Positions 11,148-20,031 of a stretch of DNA of 64,000 bases are shown one piece after another. Under the pieces are notes generated by a model. That model was not told the origin of the DNA and made no database searches. It saw only the letters and a program-made list of their open reading frames with translations. The DNA is taken from contig JADHVL010000006.1 in NCBI GenBank assembly GCA_016784025.1, positions 13,859 to 77,858 on the forward strand, read 5' to 3'. The stretch's first letter is position 1, and every line of letters begins with the position of its first letter. A program made the position numbers and the translations under genes. This stretch comes from Fidelibacterota bacterium (GTDB lineage: Bacteria > Fidelibacterota > UBA8477 > JABMPR01).

Positions 11148-12365
11148 TTAAAAACGAATAAAGTGTGTGTGATCTTCAGCCAGATCTTTGATCAACTTAA
11201 TCTGAGTCTCAGACAAGGTTAAGCTACGGCGCTTCAACATCAGCTCAGCCGTTTGAAGTGCTTTTTCTAGCTCATGTGTTCCATTTCCCCATGAAAATGA
11301 TGGGATAGCACGTGGTGGAAAATCGGCTTGAAAGACGTTGCAAAATGGTCCGATGAGGGTGCCAGTATTTAAGCGAACCCCAATGGCTGTTTTGGTATGA
11401 TCTCCAATAATGGAGCCCAGAAATTGACGACCACTCTCGTAATTATTGCCATCCCAGGAAACACGAATCTGCTGGTAATTGTTCTTCATATTGCTGGTGA
11501 TGGTTCCTGCTCCAAGATTGATCCAGGACCCTAGAATAGAATCACCAAGAAAACCAGCATGACTCTTATTAGAATAGGGATGAATGATAGAGCCCTTGAT
11601 CTCACCGCCTAAATTGCATACTTGGCCAACAACAGTGTGTCTGATGGAGGTGGAAGGCTTTAATGAGCTGCGCTTCCCCAGATATACTGGACCAACAATT
11701 GAGCTGAAAGGACTGATCTTGCAATCCTGATCGATAACAATGGGTCCATTGCTGGCATCAAGATGCACAAATTTCCCGATCTGTGCTGTGTTGTGGATAA
11801 AAATATTGCGATCTGTAAGGGTGTAAAGATCAGCTGGAAGTTTGTTGAGGATATTATTTTCTTCAACCCAGATTTTTGCGTCAAATTCAATGGCCGGGGC
11901 GATAAAATCCAAATAATCCCATATCCAGTTCGGGTGTTTTTCGCATAACTCAGCATCGCAGATAATATTTTGTAGCTTTTCCAATGATAGATGAAAGTCT
12001 GCGCTGAATTTCAATGCTGATCCCAGGCGTGCAGCAATGATCTGATCATCAATGACTACTGCAGATGTATCTGATTCCTCTAGAATTGCAATGGCAGCGG
12101 GGTACAACCATGCTGGAGTTGCCCCATTCAGAAATATGGCATCTTTCCCAGCATTCTTATTTATGGGAGTTTTGGGATACTTCTCAATGTGCTCCTTAGC
12201 CAATATGGGCCGAACCCACATTTGGATGTCACTATCAGCAAAAATATGTTGGGCTCTTTCCAGATTGGAATAAATGCCGTATCGCAGTTCTGCAACGGAA
12301 CGAAGTAGTGTCATTGGTCCAAAGGGGGATAGGTTCTCAGGTTCAAAGAGTATGTATGGGCTCAT
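11148..12365 (-). CDS. GlmU-like putative sugar nucleotidyltransferase/acyltransferase with left-handed beta-helix
   Basis: 405-aa ORF. The N-terminus 'ILFEPENLSPFGPMTLLRSVAELRYGIYS' resembles the 'alternative bacterial GlmU' family as I recall it. The C-terminal half has hexapeptide-repeat character (GSWINLGAGTITSN..., GDHTKTAIGVRLNTGT). It is 29 nt upstream of the NagZ fusion, so probably in the same operon. Confidence 0.55.
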   Translation of the reverse strand: MSPYILFEPENLSPFGPMTLLRSVAELRYGIYSNLERAQHIFADSDIQMWVRPILAKEHIEKYPKTPINKNAGKDAIFLNGATPAWLYPAAIAILEESDTSAVVIDDQIIAARLGSALKFSADFHLSLEKLQNIICDAELCEKHPNWIWDYLDFIAPAIEFDAKIWVEENNILNKLPADLYTLTDRNIFIHNTAQIGKFVHLDASNGPIVIDQDCKISPFSSIVGPVYLGKRSSLKPSTSIRHTVVGQVCNLGGEIKGSIIHPYSNKSHAGFLGDSILGSWINLGAGTITSNMKNNYQQIRVSWDGNNYESGRQFLGSIIGDHTKTAIGVRLNTGTLIGPFCNVFQADFPPRAIPSFSWGNGTHELEKALQTAELMLKRRSLTLSETQIKLIKDLAEDHTHFIRF

Positions 12366-12531
12366 GATACTTTCCTAATTTGTGATTCTACCTAACCATC
12401 GAGTCTGTGGATAGCAAAGTGATCTTCATCCACGCAAGGTCTGCACATACTACTAGAGAATATTGCCATGAAAATGCATTCAGTTGAATCTAAGCCAGCT
12501 CTCTGTTGAATCAATACACAAAGCGATAGCA

Positions 12532-12560
12532 TTAGTAAGTAAAAAAGATTAACTTACTAA
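12532..12560. promoter_or_regulatory. Perfect 9-bp inverted repeat, candidate operator in the ROK / GlmU-like divergent region
   Basis: TTAGTAAGT (12532-12540), an 11-nt spacer, then ACTTACTAA (12552-12560). It lies 100 nt upstream of the ROK regulator start. Confidence 0.35.
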
Positions 12561-12659
12561 CCTGGGAATACAAACTGTAAACGAAGATTGTAAAGTAGAC
12601 CTCAACAAACTAATGAATTCATTCTGGATGGCTATAGCAGTTGAGCTCTGGAGACATTT

Positions 12660-13910
12660 ATGAAAAAATCGAATTTCCATTTCGTTCGTCAAATTAATGA
12701 AATCTCAGTGTTGCGGATCGTCCGTGATGAAGGTCCCATTTCCAGATCTGAAGTAGCCCGTCGCATGGGTGTTTCAAAAGTAATTATTGGTGGTATTGTT
12801 CGCCGTCTTCTCGGGACTAATATTCTTTTTGAAATTGGTAAGGGGGAATCCACTGTCCAGGGTGGAAGACGACCTGTGATGCTAGAGTTCAATGCTGATG
12901 CTGGACTGGCTATCGGAGTAGAACTACATTTACATAGTGCTACCATACTCATCACCAATATGAATGCAGAAATTTTGCATGAAGGTGTGGTGAATTTTAA
13001 TGACAACACCAATCCAAAAGCCATTTTGACCCGTATAACCAAATCAATTGAAAAAATGGTCGGTGATGAAGAGAAAATGAAATCGATTCTGGGTGTGGGA
13101 ATTGCGCTACCTGGACTGATTGATTATGAAGGGGGTTCTATTCTATCCACTCATTCATTAAAAGAGTGGGAAGGCTTTCCAATAAAAACATTCCTCGAAG
13201 ATTCCCTGGATACCAAAATCTACATGGAAAATGATGTGAAGACCATTACGCTGGGTGAATATCATTGGGGTGCTGGCCAGCAGGCCAAGAATGTGGTTTA
13301 CATCTGGTTGGGTGAGGGGATTGGAGCAGGAATCATCATAAATGGTGATATCTATCGTGGAATTACTGCTTCAGCTGGAGAAGTTGGTTATACCGAAATT
13401 TCTGCCCGTGGAATTAATCGTGGCAAATATCCCATCCTCTATCAGGATCAACATCGTTATGGCGAGATTCTTACGACACCGCATCTGGAATATTCAATGC
13501 AGCAGGCTGTAAGCGCCAATGGAAGGATGACAGTCCTCAAAGATTCTGAGATCAATTTGCAGAGCATTGCTACTGCAGCCAAGAATAATGATGCCCTAGC
13601 TCTGGAAGCCCTCAAAGAATTTGGAGAAATACTAGGAATACTCACAATTGGTGTGATCAATCTATTTAATCCGGAATTGATCATTATGGGTGGCCCCGTG
13701 ATTGATAAGTGTCCCATAGTCCTTGATTCGGCGACGAAGAGTGCCAAAGAAGATGTTTTATTGATTCCAGCGGAAGTAGTTGAAATTAAGGCGGGTGCAC
13801 TGAAAAATCGGGCCGGAACTCTTGGTGCAGTGGGAATGGTTCTTCAGGATCTCTTTAAACCACCAATTGTAAATCTGGCGACCTACCGATCGCTGATATT
13901 ACCTGAATAA
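12660..13910 (+). CDS. ROK-family transcriptional regulator (NagC/XylR-like)
   Basis: 416-aa ORF. N-terminal wHTH 'ISVLRIVRDEGPISRSEVARRMGVSKVIIGGIVRRL'. ROK sugar-kinase-fold body 'GVGIALPGLID', 'ENDVKTITLGE', 'LGEGIGAGIIINGDIYRG..SAGEVGY'. Confidence 0.8.
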   Translation: MKKSNFHFVRQINEISVLRIVRDEGPISRSEVARRMGVSKVIIGGIVRRLLGTNILFEIGKGESTVQGGRRPVMLEFNADAGLAIGVELHLHSATILITNMNAEILHEGVVNFNDNTNPKAILTRITKSIEKMVGDEEKMKSILGVGIALPGLIDYEGGSILSTHSLKEWEGFPIKTFLEDSLDTKIYMENDVKTITLGEYHWGAGQQAKNVVYIWLGEGIGAGIIINGDIYRGITASAGEVGYTEISARGINRGKYPILYQDQHRYGEILTTPHLEYSMQQAVSANGRMTVLKDSEINLQSIATAAKNNDALALEALKEFGEILGILTIGVINLFNPELIIMGGPVIDKCPIVLDSATKSAKEDVLLIPAEVVEIKAGALKNRAGTLGAVGMVLQDLFKPPIVNLATYRSLILPE

Positions 13911-13930
13911 ATTGTAAATTTTAAAACGGT

Positions 13931-14662
13931 CTACTTGGATGATCGGTCAATCTGGTCTCGAAGTATGGCTGCTTCCTCATAATTTTCAGAAAGCAAAGCC
14001 ATTTGCAGTTCAATCTCCAGTTTTTCCTGTACAGGTAACTCTGAGGGGATTCCATCGTCAGTAATGCGGTGCTGTAATTCACGAAGCTGAAAAATTTCAG
14101 GACTCAAATCGGGTTGAGGATCATCGAGAACATTTTTGTAGACATGTTTGATTTGGCGAACACCTGCTTTTAGAATTCTCAAGGCTTCACCCTTGTCGTT
14201 GGACTCAAGTTTCAGCATGGTTTTAGCAGATGTATTCATCATCATTACATATGGTCGGTGCTGTTGACTGGTAATATTCTCAACTGCTCCGGCATAGTTC
14301 GCGATGACATTGAGGATATCAAGATTATGGCGGGTATCACGTATAACACCCTGGTAATCCTTCAACTGGTGCAGACTGAGATAGCGATGATAATACTGCA
14401 GCCCCTCCTGTCTCAGGTTAAAGGATTGACGCGGATCTAAGGTGAACTCTTTTTCGGCGGCCGCCAGGGAGCGATAATAGTCCAGATAGGATTCAAAACC
14501 TTCAGGACGATAGCCATCAGGCCTGCCTATATATTCCATTTGGATAAGACCAAGGTCAACCCGCATCTGGACCAACTGTCGACCATCCTCAGCCTTAATT
14601 ATTCTGGCACTTACGGTAAGGGGATCAAAAGGCCATTCGCTTAATATTTTACTAATATCCAT
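13931..14662 (-). CDS. Conserved hypothetical protein with C-terminal UVR (UvrB/UvrC-type) motif
   Basis: 243-aa ORF. The only recognisable element is 'NYEEAAILRDQIDR' near the C-terminus. Confidence 0.45.
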   Translation of the reverse strand: MDISKILSEWPFDPLTVSARIIKAEDGRQLVQMRVDLGLIQMEYIGRPDGYRPEGFESYLDYYRSLAAAEKEFTLDPRQSFNLRQEGLQYYHRYLSLHQLKDYQGVIRDTRHNLDILNVIANYAGAVENITSQQHRPYVMMMNTSAKTMLKLESNDKGEALRILKAGVRQIKHVYKNVLDDPQPDLSPEIFQLRELQHRITDDGIPSELPVQEKLEIELQMALLSENYEEAAILRDQIDRSSK

Positions 14663-14883
14663 CGCGTCTAATTAAATCAGAACTACATGTTCCACAAAGA
14701 GAATCTCAATTATATCAATTCTCATCACACCCGAATTAGTTCAGGTGAAGGAATCCTGCAAAACTCCATAACTTTAAATTCTTCCTTCTATTTATTTCAC
14801 AACGAATTGAACGAAGCTTACGAACAAAGCAATCATGTTACCGGATTCGAACCAATCATTCAGTTTGTCAGAAAGCTCTCCTC

Positions 14884-14989
<106 letters not shown>

Positions 14990-14996
14990 TCACCCC

Positions 14997-15935
14997 ATGA
15001 ATTCACACCTACACAATCGAGAAATAATATTACTGGGGTTAGCCCCGGTGACTGCTGAAGTCCACGGTATGTGGCACAAAGGCTACCCCGTTCATCAAGG
15101 GGACACAGAATCAAGTATGAACTTTGCCACGCTTTATGCCCAGGAACATGGTATCGTTCCTGATCAAAACCTGCTCAGACAGGAATGGCTGAACTTTATA
15201 GACACCCTCTTAACAGCCGGTTTTCACCTACATATTGTTCCATTTCCTGATGAATTGAATCGACCTGACAGCCTCTATCATGATGCTGTATTTATTCGAG
15301 ATGGGGGAATGATCTTCAGGGGCATCTGGATCAAAAGTCGTTTTAGTGTAAAAGACCGCATCTATGAAGGTGAGTTCCATACCAAATTAGTGGAATCCAA
15401 ACTTGGAAAAACGGTGGTTACTCTACCAGAAGGCGCTCTTCTCGAGGGCGGTGATATCAATTATCTTGAAACCAGTCATGGCAGCTACTACTTCGGTGGT
15501 CTATCTCGTTCCAACAAGGCTGGGCATGATTTTGTACGGAGCATCATTCGTCCAGATCATTACATCCTGGTAGAATCAGAAGGATACCATCTGGATACTG
15601 TCTTTACCCCAGTTGTCACAGTGGAAAATGAAATGAAAGCTGTCATTGTGACTGCAGATATGCTCAGTGAAAAAAGCATGCGCGCGATCCGTTCGCTAGG
15701 TGTAAAAGTTATGGAAGTCTCACTATTAGACGCCTCTGGTGTGGAGGATGAACTGGGAGATTATGCAGTGAATGCTCTCATTGCACCGGGTATCATGGTA
15801 AATAGCAGTAGGTTTTCAACCCCTGGTATTGAAGACCAGCTGGCTGAGATGGGTATCCAGAGATACGTGACACCCCTGACCAGTTTTCGCTATGCAGGTG
15901 GTTCTGTCCACTGTTTGACCAACGAAGTATACTAG
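14997..15935 (+). CDS. Amidinotransferase/DDAH/arginine-deiminase-superfamily (guanidino-group-modifying) enzyme
   Basis: 312-aa ORF. The C-terminal 'YAGGSVHCLTNEV' (catalytic Cys context) and 'EGGDINY', 'YHLDTVF' resemble the GME superfamily. The specific substrate cannot be called. Confidence 0.6.
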   Translation: MNSHLHNREIILLGLAPVTAEVHGMWHKGYPVHQGDTESSMNFATLYAQEHGIVPDQNLLRQEWLNFIDTLLTAGFHLHIVPFPDELNRPDSLYHDAVFIRDGGMIFRGIWIKSRFSVKDRIYEGEFHTKLVESKLGKTVVTLPEGALLEGGDINYLETSHGSYYFGGLSRSNKAGHDFVRSIIRPDHYILVESEGYHLDTVFTPVVTVENEMKAVIVTADMLSEKSMRAIRSLGVKVMEVSLLDASGVEDELGDYAVNALIAPGIMVNSSRFSTPGIEDQLAEMGIQRYVTPLTSFRYAGGSVHCLTNEVY

Positions 15936-15951
15936 CACTTATACCTGGAGG

Positions 15952-16196
15952 CTGAGGCTCTCGAAGCCTTTTATCCTACAAATACTGTCGGACATTTCGA
16001 CCAGCCTTCGCACCTTTCGACGGGTACAAGATCCAGCTTCGGCTGGGCAGGCAAGCTCAATGTCCTGTTGCCCGGCGGCTGAGACTTCCTGCCCGGCCGT
16101 AGTACTGGAGTGCGCAGGCTGGTCGAAGCCTCAATTCTGAAAACATGAAAAGGACATTTCGTCCTTCGAGAGCCTCAGGATGACAGCTCAATGTCC
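15952..16196. repeat. GC-rich intergenic element with nested inverted and direct repeats (REP/MITE-like or structured RNA)
   Basis: Outer 15-bp perfect IR: ctgaggctctcgaag (15952-15966) / cttcgagagcctcag (16164-16178). Inner 11-bp perfect IR: ttcgaccagcc (15996-16006) / ggctggtcgaa (16117-16127). Direct repeats: ggacatttcg (15990, 16152) and agctcaatgtcc (16054, 16185). Confidence 0.6.
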
Positions 16197-16224
16197 AAAT
16201 GCGTGATGCTCTATTCTTGATAGT

Positions 16225-16252
16225 AAAAAAAAGACCGGTGAATCACCGGTCT
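16225..16252 (-). terminator. Rho-independent terminator downstream of rpsT
   Basis: agaccggtg...caccggtct stem preceded on the plus strand by an A-run (16225-16232). This gives a hairpin plus U-run on the minus transcript. Confidence 0.85.
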
Positions 16253-16297
16253 AAATGACGCTATAGTCGAAGCGACTATAAAATGCAGAAAAGTGCT

Positions 16298-16552
16298 TTA
16301 GGAAAAGGTGGCCATATGTTTGGCAACACGTGATTTCTGATTGGCAGCTTTATTTTTATGGATAATTCCATTAGCAGCTACTTTGTCAATAATAACGAGT
16401 GCAGAACGCCCAAGAGCAGTTGCGTTCTCGGCATTGTCTGCAGCCATGGCTTTTTTGATAGCGCTTTTCATCAATGTACTATAATGCTTATTGCGTATAC
16501 GGGCTTTTTCAGCTTGTCTGATACGTTTCGCGATGGTCTTTTTTACAGGCAT
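16298..16552 (-). CDS. rpsT: 30S ribosomal protein S20
   Basis: 84-aa basic ORF 'MPVKKTIAKRIRQAEKARIRNKHY...' with typical S20 sequence. Confidence 0.9.
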   Translation of the reverse strand: MPVKKTIAKRIRQAEKARIRNKHYSTLMKSAIKKAMAADNAENATALGRSALVIIDKVAANGIIHKNKAANQKSRVAKHMATFS

Positions 16553-16827
16553 ATTTTTTCTTTCTCCTCAAAAATGCCCGCGAATATAGATGCGCACCAC
16601 ACCTCTGTCAACGCTTTAAGTGGAAATAAAAATCAAGCATTTGCATGTCCTTCTTCTCTGGCGCAGCAGGTTAAATAATTTTCTATTTTGAATTTTCTGT
16701 TTTTGCTTTGCCTCATTTCTGCCTACTTTATTGAATATTTAATAATGTTGCTGAAAACGAGTTTTTAATATCACGGATTTCAAACTCAAAATATTTTTGA
16801 CTTAGTTGTCACCAGGAGGAGATCAGG

Positions 16828-17532
16828 ATGAGCGATCGGTTAGATGAAATCAAAGATTCATTGAGGTTGGTTCCTTTATTCTCGGATTTAAACGACAAAG
16901 TGCTCACACATCTTGCTGAGGTATGTCAGGAGAAAACCTACGATAAAGATCAGCATATCCTTCATCAGGAACAATCTGGGGACAATTTTTTTGTCATTGA
17001 AACAGGATCCGTAAAAGTAACACGTCTGGCTGAAGATGGACGTGAAGCTGTCCTGGCCTTCCTTCGAGAAGGAGATTTCTTTGGTGAATTGGCCATCCTT
17101 GATGGAGAAACCAGATCTGCCAATGTCATTACCTTGACTGAATGCAAAATTCAAACTATCAATCGCCGAGAATTTTTGGACCTACTGGAACACCATCCCA
17201 CAGTGGCTACGGCCTTATTGATGGAATTAGCCTTGCGTCTTCGTAAAACCGATATGCACCTCGAATATTTGACCCTCAGTGATGCCGAGGGTAAGATTGC
17301 GTCCATCCTCATTGGTCTGGCTGAAGAAAACGGAACCTATAAAATGGGTGACGTCACCCTAGGGAATATGCCCATGCAGCAGGATATTGCCAACATGGCT
17401 GGAACCACTCGCGAAACGGTTTCGCGCATGATGAAAAAATTAGAAGAGAAAAATTGGCTTACCCGCGATGGGCAGAAGGTGATTATCCGTAAATACAGCA
17501 AGTTTAAGGAAATATATCAGCTCAAATTCTGA
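16828..17532 (+). CDS. Crp/Fnr-family transcriptional regulator (cNMP-binding + HTH)
   Basis: 234-aa ORF. cNMP-binding 'GDNFFVIETGSVKV...FGELAILDGETRSA' and C-terminal HTH 'QQDIANMAGTTRETVSRMMKKL'. There is no N-terminal Cys cluster, so it is Crp-like rather than Fnr-like. Confidence 0.85.
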   Translation: MSDRLDEIKDSLRLVPLFSDLNDKVLTHLAEVCQEKTYDKDQHILHQEQSGDNFFVIETGSVKVTRLAEDGREAVLAFLREGDFFGELAILDGETRSANVITLTECKIQTINRREFLDLLEHHPTVATALLMELALRLRKTDMHLEYLTLSDAEGKIASILIGLAEENGTYKMGDVTLGNMPMQQDIANMAGTTRETVSRMMKKLEEKNWLTRDGQKVIIRKYSKFKEIYQLKF

Positions 17533-17543
17533 TCCTACCCACC

Positions 17544-18485
17544 ATGAAAATTGATTTAGATGGAATATTAGATTCCAAGCGCCTGGCCATTTCCCGGGCG
17601 CTTTCATTTGTAGAAAATACCGATAATCTCGATATGGAAATTACAGATGCGCTCTTTAAGCATCTGGGTCGAGCATATCGGATCGGAGTGACAGGCCCTC
17701 CAGGAGCTGGTAAAAGTTCACTGGTCGATCGAATCATTACCTATTGGCGTGACCAGGGCAAACGAATTGCTGTCATTTCTGTTGATCCCACCAGTCCCTT
17801 TACAGGAGGGGCTATTCTGGGAGATCGAGTTCGCATGGGACGCCACTATGCTGACAAGGGTGTTTTCATCAGATCCATGGCCACCCGTGGAAGTCATGGG
17901 GGCCTGGCATTAAGGGCCCAGGATGCAGCTGATATTTTCGATGCTGCTGGCTATGACATTATTGTTTATGAGACTGTGGGAGTAGGTCAGGTGGAGTTGG
18001 ATGTCGCCAAGGCTGCTGATACTACCCTGGTGGTTCTTGTTCCAGAATCTGGTGATGATATTCAAGCCATGAAGGCAGGTCTTATGGAGATTGCTGATCT
18101 GTTTATAATTAATAAGGCAGATCGACAAGGTGCCAATCAAGCTTTTGCTCAGATTCAATCCATGCTGGAGATGAGACATCCTGAAAAAGGATTGTGGCCA
18201 CCTCAGGTAATTAAAACCAGTGCACTCAAGGATGAGGGGATGCCAGATTTAACAGATGCTCTGGTTAAACATCGCAAATTTTTAGATGAACACGGCATCA
18301 TCCGCCAGAATTTCAGAGACAGGATTCTTTTTAAAATTACTTCTCATATTGATGAAAAAGTCCTTCACACATTTTGGACGCAAGAGAGAAGGAAGCAATT
18401 GGATCAAGCCATGATCACAGAGAATGTCATGAGCATCTTGCCAGGAAAAATTGTGGATTTTCTGTTAAAGGATGGAGCGAAGTAA
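17544..18485 (+). CDS. meaB: MeaB/ArgK-type G3E GTPase (methylmalonyl-CoA-mutase-associated)
   Basis: 313-aa ORF with 'GVTGPPGAGKSSL', 'SVDPTSPFTGGAILGDRVRM', 'ETVGVGQ' and 'INKADR'. Confidence 0.85.
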   Translation: MKIDLDGILDSKRLAISRALSFVENTDNLDMEITDALFKHLGRAYRIGVTGPPGAGKSSLVDRIITYWRDQGKRIAVISVDPTSPFTGGAILGDRVRMGRHYADKGVFIRSMATRGSHGGLALRAQDAADIFDAAGYDIIVYETVGVGQVELDVAKAADTTLVVLVPESGDDIQAMKAGLMEIADLFIINKADRQGANQAFAQIQSMLEMRHPEKGLWPPQVIKTSALKDEGMPDLTDALVKHRKFLDEHGIIRQNFRDRILFKITSHIDEKVLHTFWTQERRKQLDQAMITENVMSILPGKIVDFLLKDGAK

Positions 18486-18536
18486 AAGCGGGTTAGGGGT
18501 TGGTTCAGTTTTTAGAGTAGCTTTGCAGTTTAGTAA

Positions 18537-19010
18537 TTATTCGTCAACCTTAACATCCCAGTCCTGAAAAAGGCCATCCTGGTTGAGGGAGCGGTGCAAA
18601 TCCATTACCTGTCCCCGATGAACTCCAATCAGGTAGATTGAACCACCTCCCTGGTAGTAATAGGACATTTCAGTAAAATTGTTGCCATCCAATTCACCAG
18701 GTTGAATGTTATGCCAATCCTGGTTCATAACTTGACCTAATTCCTCATTAGGGTATTCACCCCACTCACCGTAATAAGCTCGAACTTCATTACGTATTGA
18801 CCCGAGAGCAGCCTCGCCTTCTGCTCGTACCGCTTTTTGGATACCACCACGATAGATGGGAACAGCAACAGCCGCAAGCACAGCAATAATGAGTATGACA
18901 ATCATAAGCTCGACCAGACTGAATCCCGAAATAGACCTATTTTTGATCCATTTATTATCTGAGACAGCTTGTTGATTCTTTTGTATGCACCATCGATTCA
19001 TAGTCAGCAA
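18537..19010 (-). CDS. Prepilin-type N-terminal methylation-domain protein (type IV pilin / T2SS pseudopilin-like)
   Basis: 'SG|FSLVELMIVILIIAVLAAVAVPIY' class-III signal motif. The leader is unusually long if the first ATG is used, so the start is uncertain. Confidence 0.7.
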   Translation of the reverse strand: MLTMNRWCIQKNQQAVSDNKWIKNRSISGFSLVELMIVILIIAVLAAVAVPIYRGGIQKAVRAEGEAALGSIRNEVRAYYGEWGEYPNEELGQVMNQDWHNIQPGELDGNNFTEMSYYYQGGGSIYLIGVHRGQVMDLHRSLNQDGLFQDWDVKVDE

Positions 19011-19221
19011 ATAGTATAAAGCGCAACACGGGGTAATTCAAATTCAATATTTCCAAATATTAATGGCTGAAAAAATCAGATTTCAAATACATCCCTATGC
19101 TGATTATTGAAAACAAAATCAAAGGTGGTGGCTAATTGAAGGTGGTAGATCGATTAGAATTGTTCACATCTATCCTCAATTGGGGTTTTTCTCACCTCTA
19201 ATCCTTTTATCTTAATCGACT

Positions 19222-20031
19222 ATGTCAAAAGTAAGTAATACCGAAATGCCCCTGCTGGATCACCTCGAAGAGTTGAGGTGGAGAGTGATAAAAGCTTTTA
19301 GTAGTATTCTTCTTTTTGCTATTGTCGGTTTTATATTTTCCAACCAGCTCATTTACATCTTGAGCATTCCAATTGAAAACACTGAACCCAAACTGGACCT
19401 ACTGAATACCACTATTCTTGGTGTTTTCCTAGCTAAAATGCGTGTGGCAGTGGTCCTGGGTATCGTGTTTTCCCTACCAGTCATTATTCATCAAGTTTGG
19501 AAATTTATTGCTCCCGGACTTCTGGATGATGAGCGTTCTTTCGCTCCCATGCTCATTATCACAACTATTGTGAGCTTCGTTATAGGGGGGCTTTTCTCAT
19601 ACTTTGTAATGATACCCTGGTCACTGAAATTTTTTGCAGTGCTGAATTATGGTCTTGAAGGTCTTGTTAACTACGTAACCATCACTGACTATCTCAATTA
19701 TATCACAATTCTTATACTCTTTACAGGAATGGCCTTTGAACTTCCCGTCATTGTATTCATCCTGGCCAAAATCGGTATTGTGACCCCCAATATTCTAAGG
19801 AAAATTCGTCGTTTTGCATATCTCGGTATACTCATGGTGTCAGCAATATTTACACCTGCTGATCCTTTTACTATGGTGGGTGTAGCCATGCCCATGGTTC
19901 TCCTCTATGAAGTCAGCATTTTTGTGGCGAAACTTGTGAAACAAAAAAAGCAGGAAAAAGCCGAATCGGAAGAAGTTGATTCTGAAGGAATAAATAAAGA
20001 GGACGAGTTGCTTGAAGATTTCCTTGGATGA
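19222..20031 (+). CDS. tatC: Twin-arginine translocase subunit TatC
   Basis: 269-aa polytopic ORF with 'MPLLDHLEELRWRVIK', 'FIAPGL' and 'FTPADP', the TatC hallmarks. Confidence 0.85.
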   Translation: MSKVSNTEMPLLDHLEELRWRVIKAFSSILLFAIVGFIFSNQLIYILSIPIENTEPKLDLLNTTILGVFLAKMRVAVVLGIVFSLPVIIHQVWKFIAPGLLDDERSFAPMLIITTIVSFVIGGLFSYFVMIPWSLKFFAVLNYGLEGLVNYVTITDYLNYITILILFTGMAFELPVIVFILAKIGIVTPNILRKIRRFAYLGILMVSAIFTPADPFTMVGVAMPMVLLYEVSIFVAKLVKQKKQEKAESEEVDSEGINKEDELLEDFLG

